Assembly (NCBI GenBank): GCA_002104905.1
Contig: MCFE01000122.1
Coordinates: 97,639-161,638 of the forward strand
Source of the DNA: Basidiobolus meristosporus CBS 931.73
Lineage: Eukaryota; Fungi; Basidiobolomycota
Direction: 5' to 3'
Length of the DNA: 64,000 bases
This document shows positions 23,780 to 36,412 of the stretch, piece after piece. Below the pieces are notes generated by a model that was not told the DNA's origin, did not search any database, and saw only the letters and a program-made list of their open reading frames with translations. The position numbers and the translations under genes are program-made. The first letter of the stretch is position 1; the number at the start of each line of letters is the position of its first letter.

Positions 23780-26760
23780 ATCAATTTGTACACATGAAAA
23801 GTAAGAGAAACAGTTGAGTCAGGAAGTAAGGAGTGTGAAAAAGAGGCAATAGCCAATCAATTCACACAAACATAGGAGGCGATAGAGTGTCCGGGATCAG
23901 AAAGTGAGCAAATTGGCAGGGAACCAATCAAAAGCCACTTATACATTGTTGTGATGAAAAATTTTGACAAAGTTTTTTGTGAAATCTGGGGTGCAATTAT
24001 TTTTCAACAGTCTCTGGACTGTGTCCTGACAAGATCAGTACCTCTCAGTCATGGGACATTAACTTTGTGATGGCCTTTTGATGGGATCATCTCAATAATT
24101 TTTCATAGGGAGGGGTTTTGAGGATTTACTGCTACTTCTTGCCAAACACATTCTTGGATGCAACTTATCATGAAAGTGGTACAAATGGACAAACATCATG
24201 CAGCTGGCAACATATGTGCTTGAGACAATACTGCTACCAGCATGTGTTAGCAGCTGCATAACATTTGCATCACTAAATGCCACCATTGCAAGGTGTCCGA
24301 CTTGTAAGGAATTCACTTCTACAGGAGAAGACATTATTCACATTCTGAATATTTCCCAGTAATACTCTATCTGCAGAAGCTCATGCAGTCCAGCATATAT
24401 TTCAAGGCTATAAAGTACTGGCTTCAGTGCCAATCAAGCACAAACATTTCTAACATATTGGATGGCAAATATTTCAAACTACCAAGGAGCAAGGGCAATG
24501 TTGAGGATATACATGGCCATACATTTGCTTTGGCACTTGCTGGATTCTCATTAAACAAGTATGCTAACAGCAAAGATAACTGGTTGCTGATTCCTATCAA
24601 GCAGAGTCTGCCACCAATCCTATGGTATCAGAGCAGAAATTGTATGGTAGTCTCACTGTTATCTGGAGCCAAATTCTGTCCAACATGTATTGCTACCTGT
24701 ATCTATTGCTGGATGACTTTTGTAAGCTATCCAGCAGGATGCTAGCAGATGGCTATCAAGTCAAAATACTTATTTTTATCTGCATTGCAGATACCACAGC
24801 CATCAGTGTGACTATTAGCTTTTCCAGGTACAATGGATGGTATTGCTGAATCAAGTGTGAGATTTTGTGGATTTATTCCAAACACACACACATTAGTTTT
24901 ATCTAAGCATCAACACCAAGAGCATCCTCTACTCAAAGAGTAATTGTACAGAAGTTGGTATGCAGTTTTAGTAAAGCAGGCAGGCTACAATTCATTGGCC
25001 AGAATATGAAACTCATTGAAAACTGGAGATGCCTAAGATAGTGGGAGTCAGTAGGAGCAAAAGCTTTCTACTGGAAGGAATACATTTGCTATTTGACAGC
25101 ATCCTAATACTGATGGCCAAGTTGCACATGAATCATTCTGAGCTAAATGAACCCATTAAGATACTGGAAGGATTTGAAAGAATTGGTAAGATACTCCCAA
25201 ATATCTCATACCAAAAGTACCTCTCACAAGCACTAAATAGTTTTTCATACTCATATGGAACAATTCAAAGGCAAGGATTGGATGATCTGGATATGTATTT
25301 ATTCAGGTGGCCTTCTGAAGCAACTTCTACCCAGAGTGCTTTGGAAGCAATAGGAGTCATGTGTTGATAATGTGGTAATATTAATTCAGAAGCAAATCAC
25401 CAATACCAATTTGGTGCATCAACAGCTATTATTTGGGGAATTTTTGATGGGATTTGAGTGGCCCTACCACTAGTATAAAGCTGAGCGCATACATCTCTGC
25501 CATCATTTTATCCATCCTCTACCCCATCTTGCTTGGTGTGCAGCAAACATCAGACCATGCTTCATCTTTGGGGAGTTTGCAATAAAGTGGATGTGTGGGG
25601 AGATAGGAAGTCAAGTCAAATTGCAAAAATACTATATCCCAACCTCTTCAAGAATATCACTTGCAAATCTGTCATTGATGTGATGAGTTGGCACATGGAG
25701 GACAACCAGGAAGAGCAGGAAAATGCTGAGGACAGATGTGCACAATGAGGCACCTATGCCTTTGGTATTAGGAAGCTAAAAAGGCCCAATATGTGGGTAA
25801 ACAACTAAGCAAGGCAAAGTAGGATGAAATGTCACAAACAACTAATCCTTATTACATTGACTTAACCAGAATATGCTGAGTTTCCCCTGAGTACAATCCA
25901 ATTTCTGCACCATTCAATATGGAATTTGTACAAACAAGAACCAGAGTGTGCCTACAAGGGGGACTAGAGTCCAGCAGGGAGAAGGAATATATTGGCTAAG
26001 ACAAAAATGTATCTTGTGGATATTCAAGAGGTATGCATGGCAAAGGTGATGGCAGCCAAGCATATGTTTGCTAGAGGTATATGTCACCAGCAATATATTT
26101 GCAAGATCTATATGTTACCAGTAGTACAAGGTATGTGGCAACTTTGCAAGTATCACACTAAAAAGCCATAAAGTTGAGGTGATAGAAGTATGTCAATTGC
26201 AGCAGGTGTGCACATATGTATAGGTTAATAAGCAGGAGGCTGTAGTTTTTTTTGACTTAAGCTATATATGGAGTACCCATGGTAGAAGTGGGTGAGCAAA
26301 TAAGCAGGGGTGATTTTATAGTGGAATATATGAATGGTGTAAGTGGAGGTAGATACATGAAATATCATTTGGTGAACTGGTACAATAATATTATAGAGGA
26401 CTAGCTGTAGGCTGCTGTACAGCCATAATGATGCCAATTGATATCTGTATCAGTGCCATCAAAGCACCATGAAATTGCTTGCCATACAGGGCAATAGCAT
26501 GTACTGGCTGGTTAGGTCTGCTCAAATAAATATAGACCTCATTAAGTTCATCTGAATGCCCTGCAACTAGGTTGTCAAAACACCTTCAACTTTATTACTT
26601 CATTTGGTGATAAAACAGCAATATACCTCATGACCCCACCATTAGATCATAAAGAGGGTCATGAATTCAAGCTGTGGGCATTATAATGGCCTCATGGCAG
26701 GATCCTGACAGCTGCTCTGGATCAGCTCCACCTGTGGAACCAAATTATTTTTCATAGGGG

Positions 26761-26893
26761 TTTTGGTGAAATCTGAGGTGCAGTGTTTTTCAATGTTTGC
26801 ACATGGTGTCCTGATGGCATCAATACCTCTTGGTCAATGGAACTTGGCTTTGCAATGGCCTTTAGATGGGATCATCACAGTTATTTCTCATAG
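26761..26893. mobile_element. Terminal fragment of a further CMC copy
   Basis: Homologous to 23975-24110 (GGCCTTT..ATGGGATCATC.CA.T.ATTT.TCATAGG). Confidence 0.7.
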
Positions 26894-27499
26894 GAGATCT
26901 CATATAACCCTTTCAGGTACAGGAGCAGAGTATATTCAATATCTCCAAAATTCTTACAATGGGGGTCAAGCTTACAACTTTTCAAGAATAGTGATTTGGG
27001 ATGATATCTGATCCTCATGCTACATGAAACATATAGGCTATCCTAAACACTCCTCCAAGGCAAGCCTAGCCACTTGTCTACTGAGCCATTATGAGTGATA
27101 AAAGATTAATAGCTGTATTTGGGGTGGAACACCATTGCATATAAGCTGAAGATGCCATCAAAAAACCCAGGGAAAATACACCTTGAAGTTCTGATAAGGT
27201 TAACAGAGGTGCATTACAGTTAGGATGTGTACACTACCATTGAATTGCATATTACATAATAATGGAGGCCAAAAGTAACAACTATTACAAAGCTGGCTGG
27301 GGTGCCCAAGATACGGCTCAAACCAAAATTTAGTTGGTAAATACGATTGTGTGCATTTGGTACAACAAACCATTTCGCTGGGGATTTGATCTACAGGTCA
27401 ATGGCGTAAATCCGCATCGTGTATTGTCAGGAGTAAATAACAATTTGGTTGTACTAGAACTGCAGTAATCAGAACCGGGGATTCATTGTTGTATATTTG

Positions 27500-28631
27500 G
27501 CTGGGTTACTGTGCTTTGGTAAAGGTTGGATTAAAAGTCCAGTATATTGAGCGCGTTTGCCAAGCTATTGTACACTTACATGTCTGAACTTCGCCTCATA
27601 ATGCGGGTTATGCTTAGTAGGCTTCTCACCGTACGAGACTAGCGATGCTTCATCTGCGTTCTGTGCGTTGAATATATTTTGCTGTAGATTCGAGGCGATC
27701 AGTTTACGCTTGAGTTGATCGTATAAACCCTGATGCTCAGAACGTCAGTAACCATGTACATCGAAGCTCCCTGCGCTGAAGCGTACTTGCAACTTCTGCA
27801 GTTGATGCAACTTTTCGAGGTATTGTTGGTTGATATCCCAGCTTCTCCTTTTTTCGGATTCTTTTTCGTCTTGTAAGGCTAATACGGAAACGTTGGCCCT
27901 GGCTCTGACTCTGAACAAAAGGGGACGTTGGATCCGGGAAATCCCTACCTAGAATGGCTTTTTGCATCGCTGTTGAAACGGGACGGGATGCGCCCATTAA
28001 TACAGAGTCATGGTAGAAAAAACAACGACTCTCCTACTAGAAATCTCGAGATTCGCGTCATAGGCTACTGCTTGAAGCTTGTTTTCCAAGAGGATGTTTT
28101 GTCTTTCGAAGGATTTCGATATAGCTTCTTGAAAGTATACCTCCTGTGTTGTTTGATAAGTCCAGAATGCAAGCGCCCTGGAACATATCTCAATAACAAC
28201 CTCAGGTCGTAAGCCTGAAAGAATTGACTATCCTCAAAGGAAGCGACACTTCAGCTAGTGGGATTAGTTACCATATGAGTAGGGAAGTACCGATTTATAT
28301 CCTTCCGAAGGGTGTAAATCAATCAAGGCTATATCGTTTCTAATGAAGTAATGTTGAAGGATAAGCATTTCCGTGGTTCAGACCGACTTTCAATGGTTTC
28401 ACTAACTTCTGGACCAGGTCAGTTCGACAGGTCGGGCAAGTTGAAGCAACACTGAATGCTTCGTTTGCACATTCTACACAAAATAGATCTACAGAGCTAG
28501 ATAAGGTATATATCCCCAACACACACTATCGTATGGTAGAGCTTACGAGAGCAGGAGGTAACACACGCTCTACCAACTGAGTAAACACCTCTCCGACACC
28601 TTACATTATTGCAGTGAAGGTCAACATCCAT
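27500..28631 (-). CDS. HEI10: HEI10/CCNB1IP1 meiotic RING E3 ligase (multi-exon; 3' end approximate)
   Basis: Exons read MDVDLHCNNVRCRRGVYSVGRACVTSCS / LFCVECANEAFSVASTCPTCRTDL / LSGLRPEVVIEICSRALAFWTYQTTQE / coiled coil. GLRP...SRALAFWTYQ is the HEI10 signature. Confidence 0.9.
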
Positions 28632-29155
28632 GATAAGGAGAGTTCAGAACCTCGGTAGGGTATCGTTGAAGCGTGTTCTTTCGTTTCCTGATTGTGGTTT
28701 TCTGTGGCTCGGCTTCTCTTGTAGAATATATAGCGACGGGATGTGGTGGTATGTTGAAGTTTGCATCAGCGAGAATATGACGAAGCATAAATGCTCATCA
28801 AAATAAATGTTTGCATGCTGATAAATTTTCCAATGAATCTTAAATTTATCCACTAAGCCACATGGCCTACCTAAATCGCTCGAAACCATGGAAATCTGGA
28901 AAATCTGGAGTTTATCAACTATTAATAGTAAATTGCCAGGTTTCGTTCGGATCTGCAGAATGATATCATTGGGTGGGCCCATAATGATTTGTTTTGAATT
29001 AAAACATTCGCCTTAACACAACATTGACTCTGAGGGCTCTGTAGTTGTTGAATACCAAACGTCGTACTCTTCAGAACATCCATTGGCATCTACCTAGTAA
29101 GAATACACGTAGTCAACTGTTGAAAGCTGTAGCTTGACTTTGTTGACGTCTGAAC

Positions 29156-31042
29156 ATGGAGAACGAATCGAACTTTCAGGAGTATTACACTCTCTTCCAA
29201 AAAGAACTATCCGAGATAGAAGAGCTGGATGACCCAATAGAGGTGTACCTGCGGTATATTGGCTGGCTATTCGAGAATTACGAAAAGCAGCAACTTCGCA
29301 AGATTCTGCTACCCATTCTGGAGCAGGCGACCGAGCATTTTAAAGAGGATTTACGCTACACTAACGACCCACGCTACTTTAACCTTTGGTTCTTGTACTC
29401 AAAACACATAGCTGATCCAGAAACGGTCTTCAGTCAGCTTCTTCGAATGCAAGTCAGCACCGGCCTGGCCGCTTTTTATGAAGAGTACGCCACCCTGTTG
29501 ACCAAAAAAGAAAGGTTTCTATCGACGCATGTCTCGTAGTATGAATATGTAAGCTGTTTACCAACCACTTTTGCTTGTATTTTTAGAGTCGAGGACGCAG
29601 GTGTTGTGTTCGAACAGGGAATTCTACGGAAAGCCATGCCATTTGCACGGCTAGAGCGTAGATTCAAAGAGTTTCAGAGGACTACTGGATATCAGAGCAC
29701 TCAAAAATCCAAGCGGGAGGAAAAATTAGCAGCGGACCTGGACTTGTTTTATTCCCAAAATGAGGAACTCTGCTTTGAGGAAATGCGGGCTAAATTATCA
29801 AAGTACAAGAGCTCTACCAGCACCGCGAAGTCTTCAAGGCCCTCTGAACGCTTTCTGAACTCGAAATCTGCGGAGGCTGCAGGCCAAAAAATTCAGCGTA
29901 AGCTCTATCTTCAAACAGACTATGGTAGCCACCTCTAACACAACCACCACCTTCATATAGCCGAAAAGGCTTTCAACGAGTCGAGCACGAAGAAGAAAAG
30001 CGTTCCTTCGCCCACAATCAACACAAAAGCAGCTCTGGCCGATATATTGGAGATTTTCAATCAGCCTCTAAAGTGTGAGCAGTTCGATAGTGATGATGAT
30101 GCCTATGATGATGATGAGTACTCCCCGATCCAGCTGGCAACTGAGAAGAAATCCGAAGTCTCGAACTACGCTCAAAATCGCCCACTCTATGACGAAAATC
30201 GCCACCCTTCGTACTCGGACGAAAATAACAACAAAGGAAACCCATCCTCTCGAGTGCCATTTGCCCCCAAGGTTCATGCGGACGAAAAGCCTGCTGCACA
30301 ACCAAAGAAGAGCTTTAGTGTATTCCAAGATTCCTACGAAATGCCACTGGGCGACTCACTACAGCAGAATCTGAACCATAGCTATTCTGAGAAACCCGTG
30401 TCGAATTCCAAGCAATTCGATCTGTTCAGAAGCCGAAAATCCCTACCAAACCTTCAAGGAAATCGAACCCCTCTCAGGGGCGAAGACTCGCCAACGGAAG
30501 CATGCCGAGATACTCCTCATGGGTCGGCAGATAGGTTCACATACTCTCAACAAGAAAATGAGCAAATTGCCAAACTGCCAGAAAAGGCATTCATGGTGTA
30601 TCAAGATGAAAACTCCAACCCCGGCTCCAAGAAGGTCGGACGAGCGTTTGATGTTTTCTGCGATGACAATTACACCGAACCCAACCCAAAGGGAGAGGCC
30701 AAGCCATTCTCCATGCTAAATAACCCGCGACCCAAACCTGCCCAAGAGCATTCTCTGTTTTCTGTACATAAACCGTCTTTATCCAGCCAGCAAAAAACCC
30801 CGCAACACCCTGGGCGTAGCTCCAGCGATGAATTTGAAGGATTCGATAGCCGAGATCAACGAAGACAATTCTACATTAATAATCCCCCAGGCAGCAGCCT
30901 ACTGAACAAATTCGCGAATTTCTTGAGCGATGGAAGCGATGGGGAAAACGAATCTCGAGGTATGTCTACGCGATAAATTGGCAAAAAGAATGTAGCTAAC
31001 GTGCGGCGCTTTGCACCTGTAGAGAGTATCTATCGGCAGTGA
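29156..31042 (+). CDS. BUB1: Bub1/Mad3-family spindle checkpoint protein (TPR, GLEBS, CD1-like, ABBA motifs) with no kinase domain
   Basis: DDPIEVYLRYIGW...FKEDLRYTNDPRYFNLW (TPR); EELCFEEMRA (GLEBS); PSPTINTKAALADILEIFNQPL (CD1); last intron about 30961-31022, then ESIYRQ*. Confidence 0.88.
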
Positions 31043-31174
31043 GGGAGAATACGACGTATCCTTTATATATTTTCCGATAATCTACAGCATAGAACTTTTG
31101 TTGAAATTTGGTCGAGCTGGTCCCTAAGAGGCCATACAAAGTACAACAGCACAGTAATCCAGAGTATTTGTATT

Positions 31175-34004
31175 AAATAACCATCTTCCTTATGGCCGTC
31201 AACTATGCTAGCCTTCATTGCTTGACTTTGGACTTTGTGGAAGGTGAAGGTTGGATAGTGTAGATTTTATTAGGATGTATTATGAATTGTACACTTCAAC
31301 TTTAAAATGAACGATCCAAGTCTAGCCTGACCTCAAGATTTCTTGAAGCTGCAGCATGATTTGTGTTCCCGGGTGCATGGCTGTATTGTGGGGATCGGCT
31401 TCGCTTCCATTTGTCGAAGGAAACTCGAGCCGCGGTGCTGTCCACCGACGGTAGATCTAGTGAGTTACGCGGCCTGCGGCCATGCTGGGCAACCTGAGAC
31501 TACAGCATTAGCGGAAATAGAAAGGAGTGATAGAGATTGTTTGAGTCAATGGATCGAAATCACAATATACATATTGATCAGCTTCTTCCGTTCACCACCT
31601 CGCCCATCCCATCACTTTGATCTAAAGCGTAAACGTGCACATTACCTCCACATCACGCCCGTCGAACAGAACTCCCCGGTCGCTTCCTTGGATCTTCCTC
31701 TCCAGGGCGGACCGTGCTGCCATATGCAGTTAGCGATGGCCATTCGGCGTTGCGGTCGGCACGACGTCACTTACCATCGAGAATCAATAGTCTACCCTCC
31801 TCCGTGTCCGCGGAATCGGAGCCCTCCTCATCTTCCTCAAAGTACTCTCCGATGTTGAATGCGCCCAATACGCGCCCATGGATATTAAAGAAGGTTACCA
31901 GCACCGGAAACAATATGAGGAGTGGAACCCAGTCGTTGAACTGGTGGCCTAACAAAGGAACCAAGTTGATCTTGCCCATGAACTGCCACTCGTAAGCACT
32001 TGTTGGGAAGTGACTCTGCATGCACGCCTTACCTGAGAGAAGACGGCGACTTGCTCATGAGAGATAAGATTCAGATAGTTATAGCACAGTGGGTATCTGA
32101 TGGACAAGGCAAAGAGCTATTAGGCACTGGGGATGCAACCATGAAGAAATGCAAGTTACGTCAAGCGGCAAAGATACGCGCCGAAGAACAGCAAACTGTT
32201 CTCGTTAGTGTTGTGGTTTGGGACCAGGGCGTATAGATTGAAGATCTTCAACTTGAACAGGCTGGTGTAGACACAGGTGCACATGTACGCTATGGTGAGA
32301 AACGAGATCCACTGGATCCGGTTGGGGTTAATCAATCTCGACGAAGCAGTAGTTAAGACTTGCGCCAACCTCGGAGGTGCCGTAAGCATTTCCGGCCGCT
32401 TGATAAATGATCCCAAAGATCGAGAGCACAGGTTCCTTCGACATGAATGTGATTTCAGACCAGATCAAGGAGACGCTCATGAGCGTAGCTGCGATGGCCA
32501 ATAGCCGCGAGAGCAACGGTTGCAGACGAATGTACCACCACCACACTATGTTCGATGAGTTAGTTCATGACGAAGGGATCTAGCAAGTCCCACTACGATA
32601 GTTACTGAGAATCCGCTCCAGGTCTGCGTAACGGCCGTTCGACAGGGGCTTCACCGTCGAATGAAACCTCTTGTCAGAGCTGCTCTCGTTTTCCAAGATA
32701 TCTTGCAAAAGGAACACCCGCTTGAGATGGTATCGCCATTGGCTTCATGGGAGATTGTTAGTTGCTTACCAGGCGAAATAGCCAATTACCAACCTTTCGT
32801 AGCGCTCTTTTTGTCGTGTAACTCGGATGATTTGCCGATGCAGATTGTTGAGGTATCGAAGGGTAATTTCTCTAGGAAGTCTGGCATGATTCGTTTCTAT
32901 GTTTTGGCCGCTTGATACTAGAGGGCACTGTAACGCTATAGAAATCAGCATCCAGATGAGTGCTGGAGAAGATGTTCTGGTTCTCTGCTGACCTTCTCAA
33001 TTATCTGATCCACATAGGACCTTAGCTCACTGGAGGGTCGTACTTTATAGCTAACTCTACTGACAGTCTGAAAATCGCCACAGGTAAGTGGGGGCTATCT
33101 TGGATGAGTGGCGTGAACATGGTAGACGTACTGCAACTGCCTCTTGAAGCTCGATCTCTGCATCGTATAAGTTATCTTTCAGCTCAACCGCCTTGACCTC
33201 GGCGACTCTGAGAGCCCTACGACGGTCGGCAGATCTCCACAAACCTCTTGGCACCTCAACCAGACCATGGCCCATAAATAGAATGACGAGCAGCATACCC
33301 CAAGAATTGGCAGGAGCCATGATAAAAGCGGTCAGGGTTTGTCTGAGTCCCGAGGCAAAACGAGAGGTTACTATCTTTCGGAAGTGCAAACATCAGCTCA
33401 ATCTCCCCTCCCTACTAACCTGTCATAAATCTTGCCGGCACTGATGGCGTAAATGAGGATTAACAGCCCAATGAAGCCGATCGAGCCGTAATAGATGAGG
33501 TTGGTTTTGATCGCTCCGCGGAACTTCTGTTGAAAGGTGAACCCTCCGGAGAGTACGTAATTCTGCATCAAGGGGATGGTGGCCCTAATAAAAGCGAGGG
33601 GTGAATAATCGGAGCGCGGGTCGTGTCAGTAGAGCTCAGCAGTAGGGCCCTTTACCAGGTTAGAAAGAACATGGTCCAATAAACGGTACGCCAGAGACCA
33701 ATCAATACGTTTTCCGATAGGTAGGCGTACGGGACGACACATTTCCCTTCGGGGAGGGTGCGACATAGCGTCTTTGAAAGCTCGTTTAGTGGGGTGGGGT
33801 TGGGAGGGAAAAGAACAACGGCAAAGTTACCGAAGCTATGTCCATGGGTACGAGAAATACTATAGAGAACGGGACCGTCCAGCTGAGGAAAGCGGTCCAT
33901 TTTACGTACGACGGACAGGTCTTTTGGTTTCCGTAATATGTGATTAGCGAGAAGGAGATCAGAGAGACCACTCCGAAGCAGAGTGGAACGAAGAACCAGG
34001 ACAT
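31175..34004 (-). CDS. LMBRD2: LMBR1-domain membrane protein (LMBRD2-like), multi-exon; 3' end approximate
   Basis: MSWFFVPLCFGVVSL...LSWTVPFSIVFLVPMDIAS; LWRTVYWTMFFLTW; ANSWGMLLVILFMGHGLVEVPRGLW; FMGKINLVPLLGHQFNDWVPLLIL. Confidence 0.88.
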
Positions 34005-34470
34005 GCTTTGTTCCCAAGGTCGTCGAGGAAATTATACAATCTAGTACGAAACGAACAGACCGGGGACTCGATAGGGAAGTCCTTTATTACCAAGGTACAG
34101 GGGTCGGGCAACAGACGAGGCGGGAGGAGCCAGGAAAGGGGATGGAAATTAGGTTTGGAGGTGCAGTTGGATTGGAGGAAAGGTGCGCAGGCCCAGTCAG
34201 CCACCGATTTTTGGGAAATTCTTCGCATCACCTGCAACAGTCACCGGTCAGCCGGCATCCCAGGGATTTTTTGGATGGCTCAAGGTCGTCGATGCGTTGG
34301 CCGCCATTTCGATGGAGATTGATCCACGAATTCCCATTCTGTTTAACCTATGCAATGTCGGTTAACGAGGAGATGACGAGTTCCAGGGTTGCCGGATTTG
34401 GGTGATTAGCACTTCGCTGGAGGGGATTCGAGGTGTACACACGTTAACCCTGCACGTCCATCAAAGCAAC

Positions 34471-36121
34471 ATGTCTAACCAGAGTGGTATTCAAGGTATT
34501 TCCCAGATGTACTTCTCAACCCCAAGATGACAACGAACGCTAACCGGAGACCACCCGGCACTCGACACCAGTATCCGAGGAGTTGTCCAGGGTCTTCACC
34601 GAGGCAATTCACTCTGGCCAACAAAGAATCATTCAAGTCTCCATCGAGAACGGTAACCCGACCTTTACGAAAGCCACCTCCCTGGCCGCCCAGCACTAAG
34701 CATACGTTTGGCATATAGAATCCTTGGAGGCCGTCAACACCGTGCCAGTCTCGGGTAGTTTCGAAGAGGGTGAGTGAGTCCGGGTCCATCGATCATTCTG
34801 TCCCCTCCTCAATATTGACCAAGTACGGAACCCTGCTGTTCCCCAGATTACTCGCAGGTCGTGCCGCTGTTAAGCGACCGTATCCCCAGCTTCATACTCT
34901 ACAGACTTGACACCCAGAGCGAGGGCGGCAACTACGAATGGCTCTACTTGAGTTACATACCCAGCGAGGCCAAGGTAAGCCCTTGGCCGCCATGCCGAGC
35001 CAGGCTTACCGAACTTTCTAACCACCCCTCCCATAGGTCAGGGATAAGATGGTGTACGCCTCCACCTCCCACACCCTTACAAACCAGCTTGGGGCCGGCC
35101 ACTTCGTCGACTCGATCTTTGGGACCGAGAAGGTACGCGCACGTATGACATTGATGGTGGTGAACAACCGTGACTAAACAACGGGAATTCTACAGGAGGA
35201 CCTTTCGTTCGACGCCTACCGGAAACACCGTGAACATCTGACCGCACCTGCCCCATTGACTCGCAAGGAGGAGGAGCTGGCCGAAGTCAAGGCAGCCGAG
35301 GTATGGACTGATCTGTGGGCTTGAAGCCGATCCAGCCAACCCGTACTCAACCCGAATCTTTCCCCAACCCAAGTCCGGATCGATCAACATCGCAAGCCGT
35401 CGCACCCACGTCTCCGGAGTGAACTTCCCCATTTCCGAGGCGGCCATCGGCGAACTAAGCAACCTGAAGGCCGGATCCACCAATTTCGTCCAACTGGTAG
35501 GGACACCCCCCTTGCTCTGCTCCAACCCACCCGCCCATCATCAGCTTGCTCACATCACTTCCCCGCCTACCTTCTAGTATGTCAACACCGCCTCCGAGAT
35601 CATCGACCTGGCTAGCTCCGAGCAGATCTCCTCGGAAGCACTCGCCTCATCCATACCCACCGATCAACCTCGGTTCACATTCTTCCTTTATCAGCATGAT
35701 TACCAAGGACAGGAAGCCAGCCCCATACGTAAGTCACCATGTCTCCCTCCGTCTCCACCCTTCCGTAGAACTGATCTTCTCTTCAGTATTCGTCTACTCC
35801 TGCCCATCCGGGTCGAACATCCGCGAACGCATGCTGTACTCCTCCTGTAGAGGCTCCCTCTTGTCGGCCGCGCAGACCGAGGCTGGCCTGGAGATCGCCA
35901 AAAAGGTAACCCGTACTCGCCCGCCCCTCAGGCTACCCTTGAAGCTCAACAACATCATCTAGTTCGAGGTGGACGATCCCGCCGAATTGACCATCCAATC
36001 CATCTACGAGGAGCTCCATCCAGAACCGGTAAGCGTGGTTCAGCCACAGGCATTCCGTAGACCTGCGGCACCCGGACGTGCCCCACCTAGCCGTGCCCGA
36101 CGCGCCCCCAGAGCCCAATGA
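34471..36121 (+). CDS. TWF1: Twinfilin (two ADF-H domains), multi-exon
   Basis: MSNQSGIQ / VSEELSRVF...QRIIQVSIEN; YIPSEAKV; KMVYASTSHTL; FVYSCPSGSNIRERMLYSSCR; C-terminal AFRRPAAPGR tail. Confidence 0.92.
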
Positions 36122-36412
36122 TCCCTTGGAAATGCGGCTGGATTGATCCCAAGCCCACCTCCCTCTCTCCCCTACTCTGTGGATTCACTTGGAATAGACC
36201 CACCACCACCATTTTTCCCCTTTCGAATTTCCTGTGCCAAGTATTAAACGAAATCAAGTGCATCTGATGCTTTGTTTGTTGTATGAGAAGGAATTGTTCT
36301 TGAAAAAAAATCCTCCTAGATCGGCATTTAGGATCTGGCGCGAATCACGTGATCCCCTGGGCTGGGTCTTCATGGAGATACTTGCACGGGAAGGGGCACG
36401 ATACCGCTAAAG

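Larger units (their letters stand above)
18621..24110. mobile_element. Complete 5,490-bp CMC/EnSpm-type DNA transposon (copy 2) with 13-bp TIRs CCCTATGAAAAAT and 3-bp TSD AGG
   Basis: TIRs at 18621-18633 and 24098-24110; AGG at 18618-18620 and 24111-24113; two divergent ORFs inside. Confidence 0.93.
18340..26759 (+). mobile_element. Older CMC copy 3 (18340-18620 joined to 24111-26759), split by insertion of copy 2
   Basis: Joining the flanks restores transposase sequence CACTAATATCAGTAAT-AGG-GGTTTTGAGGATTTACTGCTAC, homologous to 4587-4630. Decayed transposase 24111-25800; terminus CCAAATTATTTTTCATAGGG ends at 26759. Confidence 0.88.
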
